Below are positions 1-9,604 of a DNA stretch of 64,000 nt, one piece after another; position 1 is the first letter of the stretch; every line of letters starts with the position of its first letter. Under the pieces are notes generated by a model. The model was not told the DNA's origin, ran no database searches, and worked only from the letters and a program-made list of their open reading frames with translations. Made by a program: the position numbers and the translations under genes. Origin of the DNA: an uncultured Candidatus Saccharibacteria bacterium (lineage in GTDB: Bacteria; Patescibacteriota; Doudnabacteria; UBA920); NCBI GenBank assembly GCA_964416765.1, contig CAYQEU010000002.1:14877-78876 (forward strand). The letters are read 5' to 3'.

Positions 1-141
1 GTCGGTCCCGCCTCGCCCACTGGGGCTTTTGCTTTTAGCGCCTCAACGCGGTCAAATTGTTCCTTGTCTATAAAACCATGGTCAACCAAAAACTGTTCGA
101 ATGAAGAGGCAACCGTGGTCTTGGGTTGGTCCTGCGCCATG
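1..141 (-). CDS. Partial CDS (first 47 codons; rest beyond the window edge). Function unknown; the N-terminus 'FEQFLVDHGFIDKEQFDRVEAL' weakly resembles a GspE/PilB N-terminal domain.
   Basis: ATG at 141 (rc of cat 139-141), 1 nt after the stop of the upstream gene, same strand as pilMNO. The open frame runs to the window edge. Confidence 0.35.
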
Positions 142-411
142 TTATTTAATTAAATTTGGCAAAGTAAGGTTGGTATCGCCTGAATTAACTTTAGGGTATG
201 TGAAAAGCTGTGGTTGTGGGTTGTACTTCTGAATCGGGCCAAAATCCAAACTTCGACCCTGGGTGAAAATAGGGGCCGGCGTGCTGACTTCCCCTGTGGC
301 AGTCAACAAATTGGTGGAAGCGCCACCATTCAATCCCCGATAAACAATGTATCCGGCTATTACCAGCGCAACCACTCCTATGAGTATTAAAATAATATTT
401 CTTTTAGACAT
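142..411 (-). CDS. Small membrane-anchored protein (89 aa), last gene of the pilM-N-O operon (PilP-like position).
   Basis: N-terminal TM 'IILILIGVVALVIAGYIV'. ATG at 411, tightly packed after pilO. Confidence 0.5.
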   Translation of the reverse strand: MSKRNIILILIGVVALVIAGYIVYRGLNGGASTNLLTATGEVSTPAPIFTQGRSLDFGPIQKYNPQPQLFTYPKVNSGDTNLTLPNLIK

Positions 412-413
412 GT

Positions 414-1034
414 TTATTGGTCAGCTGTTTTACTGTACTTGGGGGCGTAATAATATGCCTTCAAGCGAATCTTGTACAAGACTTCCTGTTCCTGGGAAAT
501 AGTTACGGAATCAATATCCATTAAACGTGGGCTGTTCTCAATTAACTTTAACAATTGGTTAAACTGCTCCACGGGACCAGTGACCGTGATGTTCACCACA
601 CTGCTCTGGAGGGTACGGTCGGCCCCATATGGATCGTCCAAGAGCTTCTTGTCGCCGGCCACAACTCCGGATTCGGTTTCGCTATTGGTAATACTGGCCA
701 GCTTCATACCCGAGTTGGATACCATATTGTCTATGACCAGATCCAAAGAGGTAATACGGCCGTTTAAAGGAATGGCCTGATCCAAAACTTCAATTTCATC
801 CTGCTTGTCTTTAAGCTGTCCAACTAACGATTCCAAGGTCTTCCTGTCAGTTTCCACTGAACTGTATTGTTTTTGGGCGTTAGCCAACTCAGCAACTTTT
901 GCGTTTGCCTGCTGGTGCTTTGGACGGACAATAAAGTAGAGGATCAGCAAAATAACCACAACAAGGACTCCTACTTCAAACAGGCTATTTCCTTTTCGGG
1001 GAGAAACGAGTTTTGACTGTATATTCAAGTCCAT
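414..1034 (-). CDS. pilO: Type IV pilus assembly protein PilO-like.
   Basis: 206 aa with an N-terminal TM, a coiled-coil and a C-terminal PilO-like domain. Sits directly after pilN. Confidence 0.7.
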   Translation of the reverse strand: MDLNIQSKLVSPRKGNSLFEVGVLVVVILLILYFIVRPKHQQANAKVAELANAQKQYSSVETDRKTLESLVGQLKDKQDEIEVLDQAIPLNGRITSLDLVIDNMVSNSGMKLASITNSETESGVVAGDKKLLDDPYGADRTLQSSVVNITVTGPVEQFNQLLKLIENSPRLMDIDSVTISQEQEVLYKIRLKAYYYAPKYSKTADQ

Positions 1035-1036
1035 AA

Positions 1037-1606
1037 TTATGGGTTAGTGGATTTTAAGAAGTCAGTGCTGAAATCAAGCTGCACTCTCATCAGATACGAT
1101 ATTGCGCCTCCCTCATCCGTAGATTTCACGATAGACAGGACGCGAACATTGCTGAATTGACGGTTATATTCAGGAAGGTCAAACACCTGCAGAAACTTGT
1201 CAGCGTCAGCGTAGGATGGCAGTTTTACGCTTAAAGAGAGGCTGCCGTCGGAAACCGCGTCTATGGACACATAATCGGACCGTTGTAAGCTGACCCGGGC
1301 CAACTCAGGGAGAAGGCTGGACCAGTATAAGTGAGACTTGAGTAACGGATTAAGCGCCCCGAGTTGACCCTGCCGCGTAAGCAGCTCTTTTCGGTCGCTA
1401 TTGGCCGTGGCGGCGGTCTGGGCTTTCTGAGTCTTTACCCTCGTGTCATTAATCTGCTTCTGCAGATTATTTTGGCGATAGAAAAGATATCCGTAATAAG
1501 CCAGGATCAAAACCAAAACGACCACCAGTACTTTTACTAGCCATGCGTAGCTTTGTACTTTGAACCGGGGTTTGTTGTCCGAGTCGAGAAGGTTAATTTG
1601 CGCCAT
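1037..1606 (-). CDS. pilN: Type IV pilus assembly protein PilN-like.
   Basis: Start trimmed to the ATG at 1606 ('MAQINLLDSD...'), a typical PilN start. Single TM followed by a coiled-coil. The ORF track begins upstream at 1654, overlapping pilM. Confidence 0.7.
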   Translation of the reverse strand: MAQINLLDSDNKPRFKVQSYAWLVKVLVVVLVLILAYYGYLFYRQNNLQKQINDTRVKTQKAQTAATANSDRKELLTRQGQLGALNPLLKSHLYWSSLLPELARVSLQRSDYVSIDAVSDGSLSLSVKLPSYADADKFLQVFDLPEYNRQFSNVRVLSIVKSTDEGGAISYLMRVQLDFSTDFLKSTNP

Positions 1607-1619
1607 TAGGTTTTTGCTT

Positions 1620-2630
1620 TTAGTTTTCCGTTCTGAGGGCAAGTCCCAGTGCAACCGGAAGTTGTGCCTTTGCCCTTACTAATACAGGTTCTATTGATTT
1701 CGGATACGCGATCTGGGCTAGCGGGTTTCCTAAAATGACGTTGCCGCCCAAATCTTTGAAATAATCCACGGTACCGGGAAGCTGTGACCCCCCGCCAACC
1801 AACATGATGTTATTAATAGTAACATTATGTGATTTGTACACGCTCATCAACTGCTTGATTTCACTCTTTATTACATCCAATACCGGGCGGATGGTCTCGG
1901 GAAGGAAATTACTCCCGTTAACCCCAAATTCTTTCTTGAATTGTTCAGCCCGTGCGAAAGTAATATTCAAGCTTGAAGCGATGCGTTCGGTAATGGTGTC
2001 GCCGCCAACGTTTAGACTGCGCGTGAGCTGCAGCAAACCGTCTTTAACGACATTCAAACCCGTGGCTTTTGCGCCTATGTCTATTATAACATTGTTTTGG
2101 CCAGCATCAATTATAAGAGAGCGAATTAAGGCCAAAGCTTCTATTTCAATCACTTCGAGATCCAGACCAGCTTGTTTGAATACTGCCTGATAGTTGTTCT
2201 TAACCTGGTTTGGAACGGCTATGAGCATGACTTTCATGCTATTGGTTTCCGGGGCTTCCGAAATAATGGCCCAGTCTATCTTAACTTCCGCAAACGGGAG
2301 TGGAACGTACTTTTTAGCCTCAAATTGCATGGCGGAGGCCAATTCCCCTTCGGACATTTTGGGCATATCTATGACTGAAGTAAATACAGCCGAGTTTGGC
2401 AGGCTGGCCACACAGCGACGAGTACTCACGCCCGCGCGATTAAGCAAATTAACCAGGACATTGGCGGTTTCGCGAATCCCGGCTTCCTGGCTGGAGCTGA
2501 TTTGACTGCTGACATTGACCACCCCGTAAGTATCCAAGACTTTGGTTTCACCATGGGTAATCTGAGCAACCTTGATATATGATGTGCCGATATCTACGCC
2601 AACAATGGATTTGGTTTTGGAAAAAAACAT
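1620..2630 (-). CDS. pilM: Type IV pilus assembly protein PilM (actin-like ATPase fold).
   Basis: 'MFFSKTKSIVGVDIGTSYIKVAQI...' is the canonical PilM N-terminus. The 2645 start in the ORF track is a TTG codon; the ATG at 2630 is preferred. Confidence 0.85.
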   Translation of the reverse strand: MFFSKTKSIVGVDIGTSYIKVAQITHGETKVLDTYGVVNVSSQISSSQEAGIRETANVLVNLLNRAGVSTRRCVASLPNSAVFTSVIDMPKMSEGELASAMQFEAKKYVPLPFAEVKIDWAIISEAPETNSMKVMLIAVPNQVKNNYQAVFKQAGLDLEVIEIEALALIRSLIIDAGQNNVIIDIGAKATGLNVVKDGLLQLTRSLNVGGDTITERIASSLNITFARAEQFKKEFGVNGSNFLPETIRPVLDVIKSEIKQLMSVYKSHNVTINNIMLVGGGSQLPGTVDYFKDLGGNVILGNPLAQIAYPKSIEPVLVRAKAQLPVALGLALRTEN

Positions 2631-2712
2631 GGGCCAGTCAGGCAAAAATAGTTGTAAATTTGGTTTCTAAAACTGCGATAACTTGCATTTATAATACTAC
2701 ATTTTAGGGCTG

Positions 2713-2741
2713 TTGTCAAAATCAGAACAATTTGCTAAAAT
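2713..2741 (+). promoter_or_regulatory. Sigma70-like promoter for the tRNA-Ile / small ORF / tRNA-Ala unit.
   Basis: TTGTCA (2713-2718), 17-nt spacer, TAAAAT (2736-2741). The tRNA begins 21 nt downstream. Confidence 0.4.
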
Positions 2742-2762
2742 GTATGGGAAATAAAAATTTAC

Positions 2763-2839
2763 GGGCGTATAGCTCAGATGGTTAGAGCGCGTCACTGATA
2801 ATGACGAGGTCCTTGGTTCAATTCCAAGTACGCCCACCA
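2763..2839 (+). tRNA. tRNA-Ile (anticodon GAT).
   Basis: Cloverleaf by inspection: acceptor GGGCGTA/TACGCCC, anticodon loop CTGATAA, T-loop TTCAATT, encoded CCA. Confidence 0.9.
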
Positions 2840-2846
2840 CTTACAA

Positions 2847-3077
2847 ATGATCATTTTAAGAATCCTCGGTTCCCTTGTTGTACTCGCTATCGGTGTTGTG
2901 ATTATAAAATACAGCGTGAAGATTACGGAAAATACCGGCCGCATTGAATTCGCGGAAAAGTACTTTAAAGCTCCACTGGCCGGAACATACACCTGGTGGA
3001 AATTAGTCGGTTTGGGAATAATGATACTTGGAGTACTCTGGCTGTTCGGGATGGTAGATTTTCTCCCTGGATCTTAG
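2847..3077 (+). CDS. Small two-TM membrane protein (76 aa) lying between tRNA-Ile and tRNA-Ala.
   Basis: Two hydrophobic helices. It occupies exactly the inter-tRNA gap. Coding status is uncertain. Confidence 0.4.
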   Translation: MIILRILGSLVVLAIGVVIIKYSVKITENTGRIEFAEKYFKAPLAGTYTWWKLVGLGIMILGVLWLFGMVDFLPGS

Positions 3078-3095
3078 AAAAAATAGTTTTAATAA

Positions 3096-3171
3096 GGGCC
3101 CTTAGCTCATTTGGTAGAGCACCGCCTTTGCAAGGCGGGGGTGACCGGTTCGAGCCCGGTAGGGTCCACCA
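3096..3171 (+). tRNA. tRNA-Ala (anticodon TGC).
   Basis: Acceptor GGGCCCT/AGGGTCC, anticodon loop TTTGCAA, T-loop TTCGAGC, encoded CCA. Confidence 0.9.
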
Positions 3172-3182
3172 TCATAAAAAAT

Positions 3183-3210
3183 AAACCGCCCTTTTGGGCG
3201 GTTTTTTATT
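3183..3210. terminator. Bidirectional rho-independent terminator.
   Basis: ACCGCCC-tttt-GGGCGGT hairpin flanked by T-runs on both strands. It ends the tRNA unit on the plus strand and the minus-strand surface operon. Confidence 0.7.
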
Positions 3211-3718
3211 TAACTTCAAACTCCACTTTATTGCTGTCTTTGCCCCAAGCTGAGACATAAACCATATATTTTCCCGGGCTTACAACCAGCTCCTTTGGGC
3301 AACGTGAGCCGCTATATGAAACGTCTTGCTGACATAGAGGTGAATCGAGTTTTACTGTCATCTTTTTTGAATCATTGTCCCGGGTAGCCGCCAAATAACC
3401 TTTTTCGCCCTTCTGATTTTCAATCCAGGCCACCTTGTCCCCTTCAAACCCCAAAAAGTTACAGCCGCTAATGTTTACTTTTGTCCCTAGATTGCCCACG
3501 CGCGGAGTCATAGCCGTTATTACAGGCGCTGCCTCGGTTACGTCCTGGCAACCCGAAGGAAATTCTGCAACGCTATTTTTGTTGGAGTTGACCGGTGGCT
3601 CATTTGAATACTGGTCAAAAGGAACAACTAAAGCACTATTGTTATTCTGGTTTTGCGGCGCGCGACTGCAACTGACCGCCAATAAGGAAATTGTGAACAA
3701 CAGGATAATTTTTTTCAT
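3206..3718 (-). CDS. Lipoprotein, hypothetical (170 aa).
   Basis: Signal peptide with lipobox 'LLAVSC'. Last gene of the 11759->3206 minus-strand operon. Confidence 0.6.
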   Translation of the reverse strand: MKKIILLFTISLLAVSCSRAPQNQNNNSALVVPFDQYSNEPPVNSNKNSVAEFPSGCQDVTEAAPVITAMTPRVGNLGTKVNISGCNFLGFEGDKVAWIENQKGEKGYLAATRDNDSKKMTVKLDSPLCQQDVSYSGSRCPKELVVSPGKYMVYVSAWGKDSNKVEFEVK

Positions 3719-3720
3719 AC

Positions 3721-4911
3721 CTAAATCTTAATTTTTGCCATCTGCTTTCCGCTTATATGCGCTATCGCGGCAGTCAGCATCTTTACTTTATTGTACTCCC
3801 AGTAGGCAACCATCCCAAATAGCAGCAACATGGCTGATAACAACGCGAACAGCATCCCGTTGTTTTGCGGCGCTTGAGTAACTGCCGCGACGGGCGGGGT
3901 GGCTAGTTCAAAGTAATCGCTCGAAGTTACTATGGCATTCTTGCTTGATACCGATACCACCACCGTATATCTTCCCTCAGCTAATTGCGGCGAGGTACTA
4001 AAGGATTTTAAGTAGCTTATGTTGCCTGGCACTGCCAGAGTTTCCGCGCTTTGTATGACATCCTGGCCATTAGCATCCTGTACTTGGTATTGGACCACTA
4101 CAACGGCTGAGTGGTCTGATTGACCAATGCCGGAAAGTTTGATGGTTGCCGCGACTTCGTTTCCGGGTCGCAGCTGCTTAAACTTTTCAGGAATAGTAAC
4201 GTCAACACTATACAAATTTTTAGTGCTGCTAATGCTTGGGTTGAGATTGGCAGGTTGCTGTATTGCCTGGCCCGGCGGCAGCTCAACGGCAAAATAAAAT
4301 TGCGTAGAAGCAAAAAATTCTGGTACCTGGGTGTCTCCCACTGAAACGGTTAAAATGTGATGTCCCACGGAAACCGGTTGTGGTACCTTCCAATACCAAT
4401 CCTCGCCAACCGGTTTAACTGAGGCTTTTATGTGGTAGCTGCTGGCAATATCCAGACCGACCACGGCATTTTTGATGTTAGTTTGTCCATGAAAGGACGG
4501 GAACTGGGTATTTATGACATATTCAGTAACCTGTTGGCCATCAACAAAGATGGTGCGCGAAGTAGCGTTAGTAAGGATGATATCTGCGCTGACCCAAGGA
4601 GCCTGTAAAGACCCCGGGGGAACAGGTGTTGGGTTATTGCCAGGCGTAACCGCTGGTGATCCCCCTCCTCCTCCACCCACTATGACTTCCGGCCCTTCAT
4701 CTATGCCTAAAACATGCGCGCCCACTCCGGAATTTAAACTAGTATCAGCTTTTGCTATACCAAGCGCTGTGCCCAATATCCATGAGGTAATTAAGACAAA
4801 CGCCAAAGCCAAGAAGAACCCAGAAGTATGTACCGCGCGGTCGGTATGATGCGTTGTCCATTGCTCGGGAGCCACCCGTATTCTTTTGTGTTTTTGTCTT
4901 TTCATCAGCAC
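3721..4911 (-). CDS. Secreted/surface protein, hypothetical (396 aa).
   Basis: N-terminal TM, a G5 run, Pro-rich linker, and a hydrophobic C-terminal segment. Gap of 2 nt to the next gene. Confidence 0.55.
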   Translation of the reverse strand: MLMKRQKHKRIRVAPEQWTTHHTDRAVHTSGFFLALAFVLITSWILGTALGIAKADTSLNSGVGAHVLGIDEGPEVIVGGGGGGSPAVTPGNNPTPVPPGSLQAPWVSADIILTNATSRTIFVDGQQVTEYVINTQFPSFHGQTNIKNAVVGLDIASSYHIKASVKPVGEDWYWKVPQPVSVGHHILTVSVGDTQVPEFFASTQFYFAVELPPGQAIQQPANLNPSISSTKNLYSVDVTIPEKFKQLRPGNEVAATIKLSGIGQSDHSAVVVVQYQVQDANGQDVIQSAETLAVPGNISYLKSFSTSPQLAEGRYTVVVSVSSKNAIVTSSDYFELATPPVAAVTQAPQNNGMLFALLSAMLLLFGMVAYWEYNKVKMLTAAIAHISGKQMAKIKI

Positions 4912-4931
4912 TGCGATTTTAGTGAAATGGT

Positions 4932-7900
4932 TTAGGTTGAAGGCACAATGCTATTGTCTGTAGAGTCTGTGCTTTCAACGGCTGAAGTTTGGGCTGGGTC
5001 ACTGGAATTGGTTGGATTAGAATCGTTTTGTTCCGACCCAGACGATTCAGACGAAGCGCTGGCGCTTGAAGTATTTCCAGCAGTCGGAATGGACCGGAAT
5101 ATTTTAGGGTTCTTTACCGCAAAAGCAGTCCAGCTAAACTCTAAGTTTTCCGGGGCGGGCTTGTTTAAGACAATAGCAAACCCTTTGGCGGTTCTCTTGA
5201 TTACTGCATACTGCAGTCCTTGGTCAAACAATGATTGGACCAAAGCTTCCTGCGCACTGTCAGCATTGCTGTCATTCAATTTGCCGCCTAAGCTAAGGGT
5301 TGCGTTTACAATTGGGTTATCTAGATATTCCTTATCGAAAGTAATAGTTACCTCTTTATCTCCCTGGCTGATCTGGGCAAACCCGGCGGTGTCGGAGTTA
5401 AAGTAAGGTCGGCCAATGAACTCAACATCACTAATTAATTGGACAGAGGCCCCTAATGAGCTGATTCTATCTATCTTCAATCCTCTGCCTGAAATATTGG
5501 GAGCTACCATTTCCAAACCAGCCACCACCCGGTCGCTAGAAATTTGCATAATGGTACTTTGGGAAGAAATTTCTTCAGCCCCATTAAACCAAGCCGCCAA
5601 GTCTTCCGAATTATACTGTCTTAAAGCTTCACCGTTAACTCCAAAGTCCAACTGTGGTAACTGGGAAAGTTCTACCTCAGAACCGTCCTGAGACAAACTT
5701 AAACCATCTTGCGCGTCATCCTGCCACGAACGGTAGAAGTCAATGTCCAACTGTGAATTAGTAGCGCTGCCGCCGGTGCGTTCCTGCCACATCAGCTCCG
5801 GGGCGAGGTTGCTCCCGTAAATATTAGTACTGCTTCCCGAACCACATTCCGTGAAGTTAATACCATCAGAAGCGTTGTTGTCGATCCAGAAGCGTACGCT
5901 AGTGCTGGAACGGACTTCTACCATTAACAAGGCGTATTGAGATGTCGATACCGTTTGTCCGGTACAAACCACTGTGGTGGAGGTGCTTGCACTTCTCGTA
6001 ATACCTACCCATGTGGTTCCCAAAGTACCAGCGTTATCATTGGAAAAACCAATAAAGTTTGCGGGAGCAGTAACTTGTCCGTCGGTTTCCGTTGCCATAC
6101 CAGCGTAGATAGCACTATTCGTGTCAGCCTGGCCCGGCTTAACTTTGATTAAAATTACAGGGCGGTTCGATACGTTATACAAAAGTTTTGGGTTGTTTAT
6201 AGCTTCATCAACCATCATTAAACAACCGCTGGCCACACCGCTGGCCGCCATACGAGTAATACCATTTATCGAGTCAGCCAAACTGGAAAAAGTACAGTTA
6301 GGCGTAGTACCACCTTCATATACGCCCCAACCGCCGCCGTTTCCAAACCCAGCGTTTTGGGCGCCAGTAGTATCCGCGGTAGCGGAAGTACGTTGGCGGT
6401 TAAATTCTTCACGAATGGTACTGGTAGTGTCAATAAAGGCACCTGCAATTACCGAGGCCCCGAAGTTAGTACTTAGGTCGCGAATTTCCACCAATTTATT
6501 CGGCGTTGTGCCGCCATTCGTACATGAGGAAGAACAGTTGTCATAAAAACCCAATGCCGCCGTATCATCTGTAGCTCCGAGGCGGATTGCGGGAGTCGTA
6601 TCATCAAACTGCAAACCATAGTCATACCCGGTCCCAACACGGTAGCCAATTTCTGTACCTGCGCCGCCCGTTACGTTGGCGGCGAAGAAGGCGTTTATCG
6701 TTGAGGTAGAACCGGCTGTCGCAGTTTCAACCTTGATTCCATTTTCGGTTACTGCGGCGGCGGCGGTAGCGCCGGTCACAATACGCAATCCGCTCCATAT
6801 ACCCGCTGCTGTACCCCCAGGAGTAAGATCAACGCGCATGGCCGCAGCTTCCACGGCGGCCGAACCACCAGTATAATTGATGGACAGCGCGTTGACTCCG
6901 CCGGTAGTTACCGCTTGGCCGCTGTTGGTAATGTTTACCATGTCTTGGGTCGGAGCGCCGCTGGCGGCCACAGACAATCCAGTGACCGCGCCAGAAGTTG
7001 CGATAGAAAGCCCAGTGTCCCATCCCGTACCAATCTTAAGACCAGTACCGGTGAAGCCCGTGCCATCGGTCACATTAGCAATGTTGATTCCATTAACAGT
7101 ACAGGTTCCCGCCGGACAACTAGTAAAGGAAGGGTTAACGGAAATACCATTAACGGTTCTTGTAGCCGCGCCCCCCAACATAGTAATAGTGGGTGAAACC
7201 AACAATCCATTAGTAGTGCTGGTTACTGCATTCGAAGTGCTTTCAGAAAAAGTAATTTCGGCCAAACTTCCTGTTTCAGTTCCTGTATGGTTATAAGTTC
7301 CACTAATATCTAGTCCGCCTCCCGTAGTCATTGCGTTACCACCAACAATGCTTAAACCCGTACCCGTGGTTAAAGCAGTTCCCGATACTCTAGCAACCGT
7401 TCCAGCAGTAGTTGAGTTGGCTATCGCAGCCAGTACCCCTCCAGCCCCGCTATAGTTGGCAGAAGCGACAAATTGGGCAATCCCATTAGTCACGGCCCCT
7501 GCGGTAGCTGAGGTAACCTTAAAGACTGACCCTGAAGTAAGACCGGTCCCACTAGAAGTTACGCTTAAGGCGTCAGTAGTGGTAATTGCACCCCAATCTA
7601 AAGTCTGAGCCGTAGTCCCCATGGCGATGGAACCATTACCTGATGGGTCACCAATAACATCAAAAGCCGTCGCCCCGCCCGCTCCGCAAGATCCCCACGT
7701 CGGGGCAACCCCGGCGCTGGCGGTTTGCAGACACTGAGCTCCGGTGGAAGCGGCTGTTGCGGAAAGAGTACCATCTGTCGCGGAAACATACAGTACGGTA
7801 TTTGCTGTAGTGAACTTGCCTAACTTGATTGCAGGAGTACTGGACCCGCCGATTATGATGTTGCCGGCGTTCGTGGTGCCGATGTTGATAGCCCCGACGG

Positions 7901-9443
7901 AAGAACCGGTCCCCGCGTTGATGGATACGTCCCCTCCCGCGCCGGACACACCGGTACCGCCAAGAATGGTCAGGCCGCCTCCGGCTCCGGTTGTCGTGGC
8001 AGAGCCGCCCTTAAGATTCAACGCTCCCCCCGCTCCAGTGGAGCTAGGCGCGGAAGGCTGAATAGTCAAAGCATTGGCCGCTGCAGCCGTAACAGTGGTG
8101 ATATCGGCGGTCTGAGCTCCAGCCAAGGAAAGGACACCGCCGCTGGAGACAGTAAACTTGCTGGCGGTGTTATTCTTGAAATCGACAAAGCTGCCGCTGA
8201 ATGTTCCCGAAATATTGGCAAAGTCAAGCTTAAGGCCTGTGCCGGTGAAAGTTGAGGTATTCTGGGTCAGATTAATATAAGTGTTGGAGGTTATGGCGGA
8301 ACTGCTTGACGATATGAGCGTTTGGGACACGGCTACAGTTGCATTAATCAAATTGGTTGACGAACCAGTGGTGCCAAGTCCGACGCCAGCAAACTGCGGC
8401 GTAGCGCTCGTGTTGATGTTTTGGATCGTATTTAATGCATTAGAGGAGTTCTGTAGGTTAGTGGAGTTAAAGTTAATGAACCCGGCGTTAATAGCAGTAC
8501 CGTTCCAGGTACCAGTGGTAATTACACCTGTATTGGCAGTAACTACCAAACCGTTGTACGAAGCCGCGCCGGTTACCGCGCCGGTTAGGGCGAGGGTAGT
8601 AAAAGACCCGCCAGCAGTACAGGCAAAAGCACCGGTGGAGTTAGTGACGGTACAACCGGTTGAGGCAGAGCCCCCGCCAAGGAGGATGTCACCTGTGGAG
8701 CCGCTGGCTGTGCCAATGGTGATAGTGCCGCTGCCTTTGGCATCAATGGTCAGGTTTTCATTGGTACCGGAAGATATGGCGGACAGAGCAACTCCGCCTC
8801 CCGCGGCTGCGGAAGTAACTTTGAGTCCGGTGGCAGCAGAAACAGTTGAGGTATCCACCTGAAGGGCATAGTTTCCGGCGCTGCGGGCCACTGCCAAAGC
8901 GGTAGCCGACCCGCTAGTATTGGTTGTGTTAATGTCGCCGTCACCGGCCACACTGTTGGCTACGAGCGCGTAAGCCGCGGCTGTAATTTGCTGTCTGGGT
9001 GACATTTCACCGTCATAACCGGAACCGGAGTTAAAGTTTACGGTCAAATATACTGAACCTCCCGTAAAACTTGGCAGGGCTACATAAGTGCCCAAGGCCA
9101 CGCTAAACATCCCATTTACAAAAGCCACCTGACTGGTGCCGCCATCCCATGTTTCTGTCCATAGGAGGGTCCCGGCGCTTGCGGCATCGTACATCTTAAA
9201 CTGCATTGAATAGTTGCCGTCAGCAATGTTGGTTCCGTTGCTGCGAACGCTAATTTTACCCTGGTAATAAAGCAGTTTCGGAGTGGTGGCCTGAACGGTA
9301 TCAACGGGGACTATCAAAGAAGCAAAAACAGTTGCAAAAGCCACGACAAGCAAAATAAAAGCCGGCACGAAAACAACGCGCGGCGCATAGACACAAAATC
9401 GCATCAAAAGATGCTTTAAGATTGGCAGTAACCTGTCATCCAT
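4932..9443 (-). CDS. Giant Thr/Gly/Ser/Ala-rich beta-helical surface protein (1503 aa).
   Basis: N-terminal TM/signal. The N-terminal ~120-aa module (LWTETW...NGMFSVALG...DGEMSPR) and the C-terminal ~110-aa module are both shared with the 879-aa protein at 27253-29892. Confidence 0.8.
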   Translation of the reverse strand: MDDRLLPILKHLLMRFCVYAPRVVFVPAFILLVVAFATVFASLIVPVDTVQATTPKLLYYQGKISVRSNGTNIADGNYSMQFKMYDAASAGTLLWTETWDGGTSQVAFVNGMFSVALGTYVALPSFTGGSVYLTVNFNSGSGYDGEMSPRQQITAAAYALVANSVAGDGDINTTNTSGSATALAVARSAGNYALQVDTSTVSAATGLKVTSAAAGGGVALSAISSGTNENLTIDAKGSGTITIGTASGSTGDILLGGGSASTGCTVTNSTGAFACTAGGSFTTLALTGAVTGAASYNGLVVTANTGVITTGTWNGTAINAGFINFNSTNLQNSSNALNTIQNINTSATPQFAGVGLGTTGSSTNLINATVAVSQTLISSSSSAITSNTYINLTQNTSTFTGTGLKLDFANISGTFSGSFVDFKNNTASKFTVSSGGVLSLAGAQTADITTVTAAAANALTIQPSAPSSTGAGGALNLKGGSATTTGAGGGLTILGGTGVSGAGGDVSINAGTGSSVGAINIGTTNAGNIIIGGSSTPAIKLGKFTTANTVLYVSATDGTLSATAASTGAQCLQTASAGVAPTWGSCGAGGATAFDVIGDPSGNGSIAMGTTAQTLDWGAITTTDALSVTSSGTGLTSGSVFKVTSATAGAVTNGIAQFVASANYSGAGGVLAAIANSTTAGTVARVSGTALTTGTGLSIVGGNAMTTGGGLDISGTYNHTGTETGSLAEITFSESTSNAVTSTTNGLLVSPTITMLGGAATRTVNGISVNPSFTSCPAGTCTVNGINIANVTDGTGFTGTGLKIGTGWDTGLSIATSGAVTGLSVAASGAPTQDMVNITNSGQAVTTGGVNALSINYTGGSAAVEAAAMRVDLTPGGTAAGIWSGLRIVTGATAAAAVTENGIKVETATAGSTSTINAFFAANVTGGAGTEIGYRVGTGYDYGLQFDDTTPAIRLGATDDTAALGFYDNCSSSCTNGGTTPNKLVEIRDLSTNFGASVIAGAFIDTTSTIREEFNRQRTSATADTTGAQNAGFGNGGGWGVYEGGTTPNCTFSSLADSINGITRMAASGVASGCLMMVDEAINNPKLLYNVSNRPVILIKVKPGQADTNSAIYAGMATETDGQVTAPANFIGFSNDNAGTLGTTWVGITRSASTSTTVVCTGQTVSTSQYALLMVEVRSSTSVRFWIDNNASDGINFTECGSGSSTNIYGSNLAPELMWQERTGGSATNSQLDIDFYRSWQDDAQDGLSLSQDGSEVELSQLPQLDFGVNGEALRQYNSEDLAAWFNGAEEISSQSTIMQISSDRVVAGLEMVAPNISGRGLKIDRISSLGASVQLISDVEFIGRPYFNSDTAGFAQISQGDKEVTITFDKEYLDNPIVNATLSLGGKLNDSNADSAQEALVQSLFDQGLQYAVIKRTAKGFAIVLNKPAPENLEFSWTAFAVKNPKIFRSIPTAGNTSSASASSESSGSEQNDSNPTNSSDPAQTSAVESTDSTDNSIVPST

Positions 9444-9530
9444 TAGTATTCACAATAGGTTTTGTTTTTGTTTCGAAATGGTTCTGAACTTACGCTATTT
9501 TGGCGCAAACTCAGCAAGATTTCTAATACA

Positions 9531-9539
9531 ATTATAGCA
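9531..9539 (-). promoter_or_regulatory. Extended -10 promoter element (minus strand: AGATGTGCTATAAT).
   Basis: TRTGnTATAAT-type motif about 85 nt upstream of the 1503-aa gene start. The identical 14-mer recurs at 15937. Confidence 0.45.
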
Positions 9540-9604
9540 CATCTGAAGAAAAATTGCAAGCTAAAAAGCCGCTCTTTTTGAGAGCGGCCTCAGAAGAGGA
9601 ACTT

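Noticed and set aside
2631-2645. pilM start at 2645, as given in the ORF track.
   Set aside because: The codon at 2645 is TTG. The ATG at 2630 gives the canonical PilM N-terminus (MFFSKTKSIVGVDIGT), so the shorter model is preferred.
5937-8953. Multiple plus-strand ORFs (6121-6546, 6877-7296, 8281-8862 and others) inside the 1503-aa surface-protein gene.
   Set aside because: Antisense shadow ORFs of a Thr/Gly-rich gene, with the same argument as for the giant gene.
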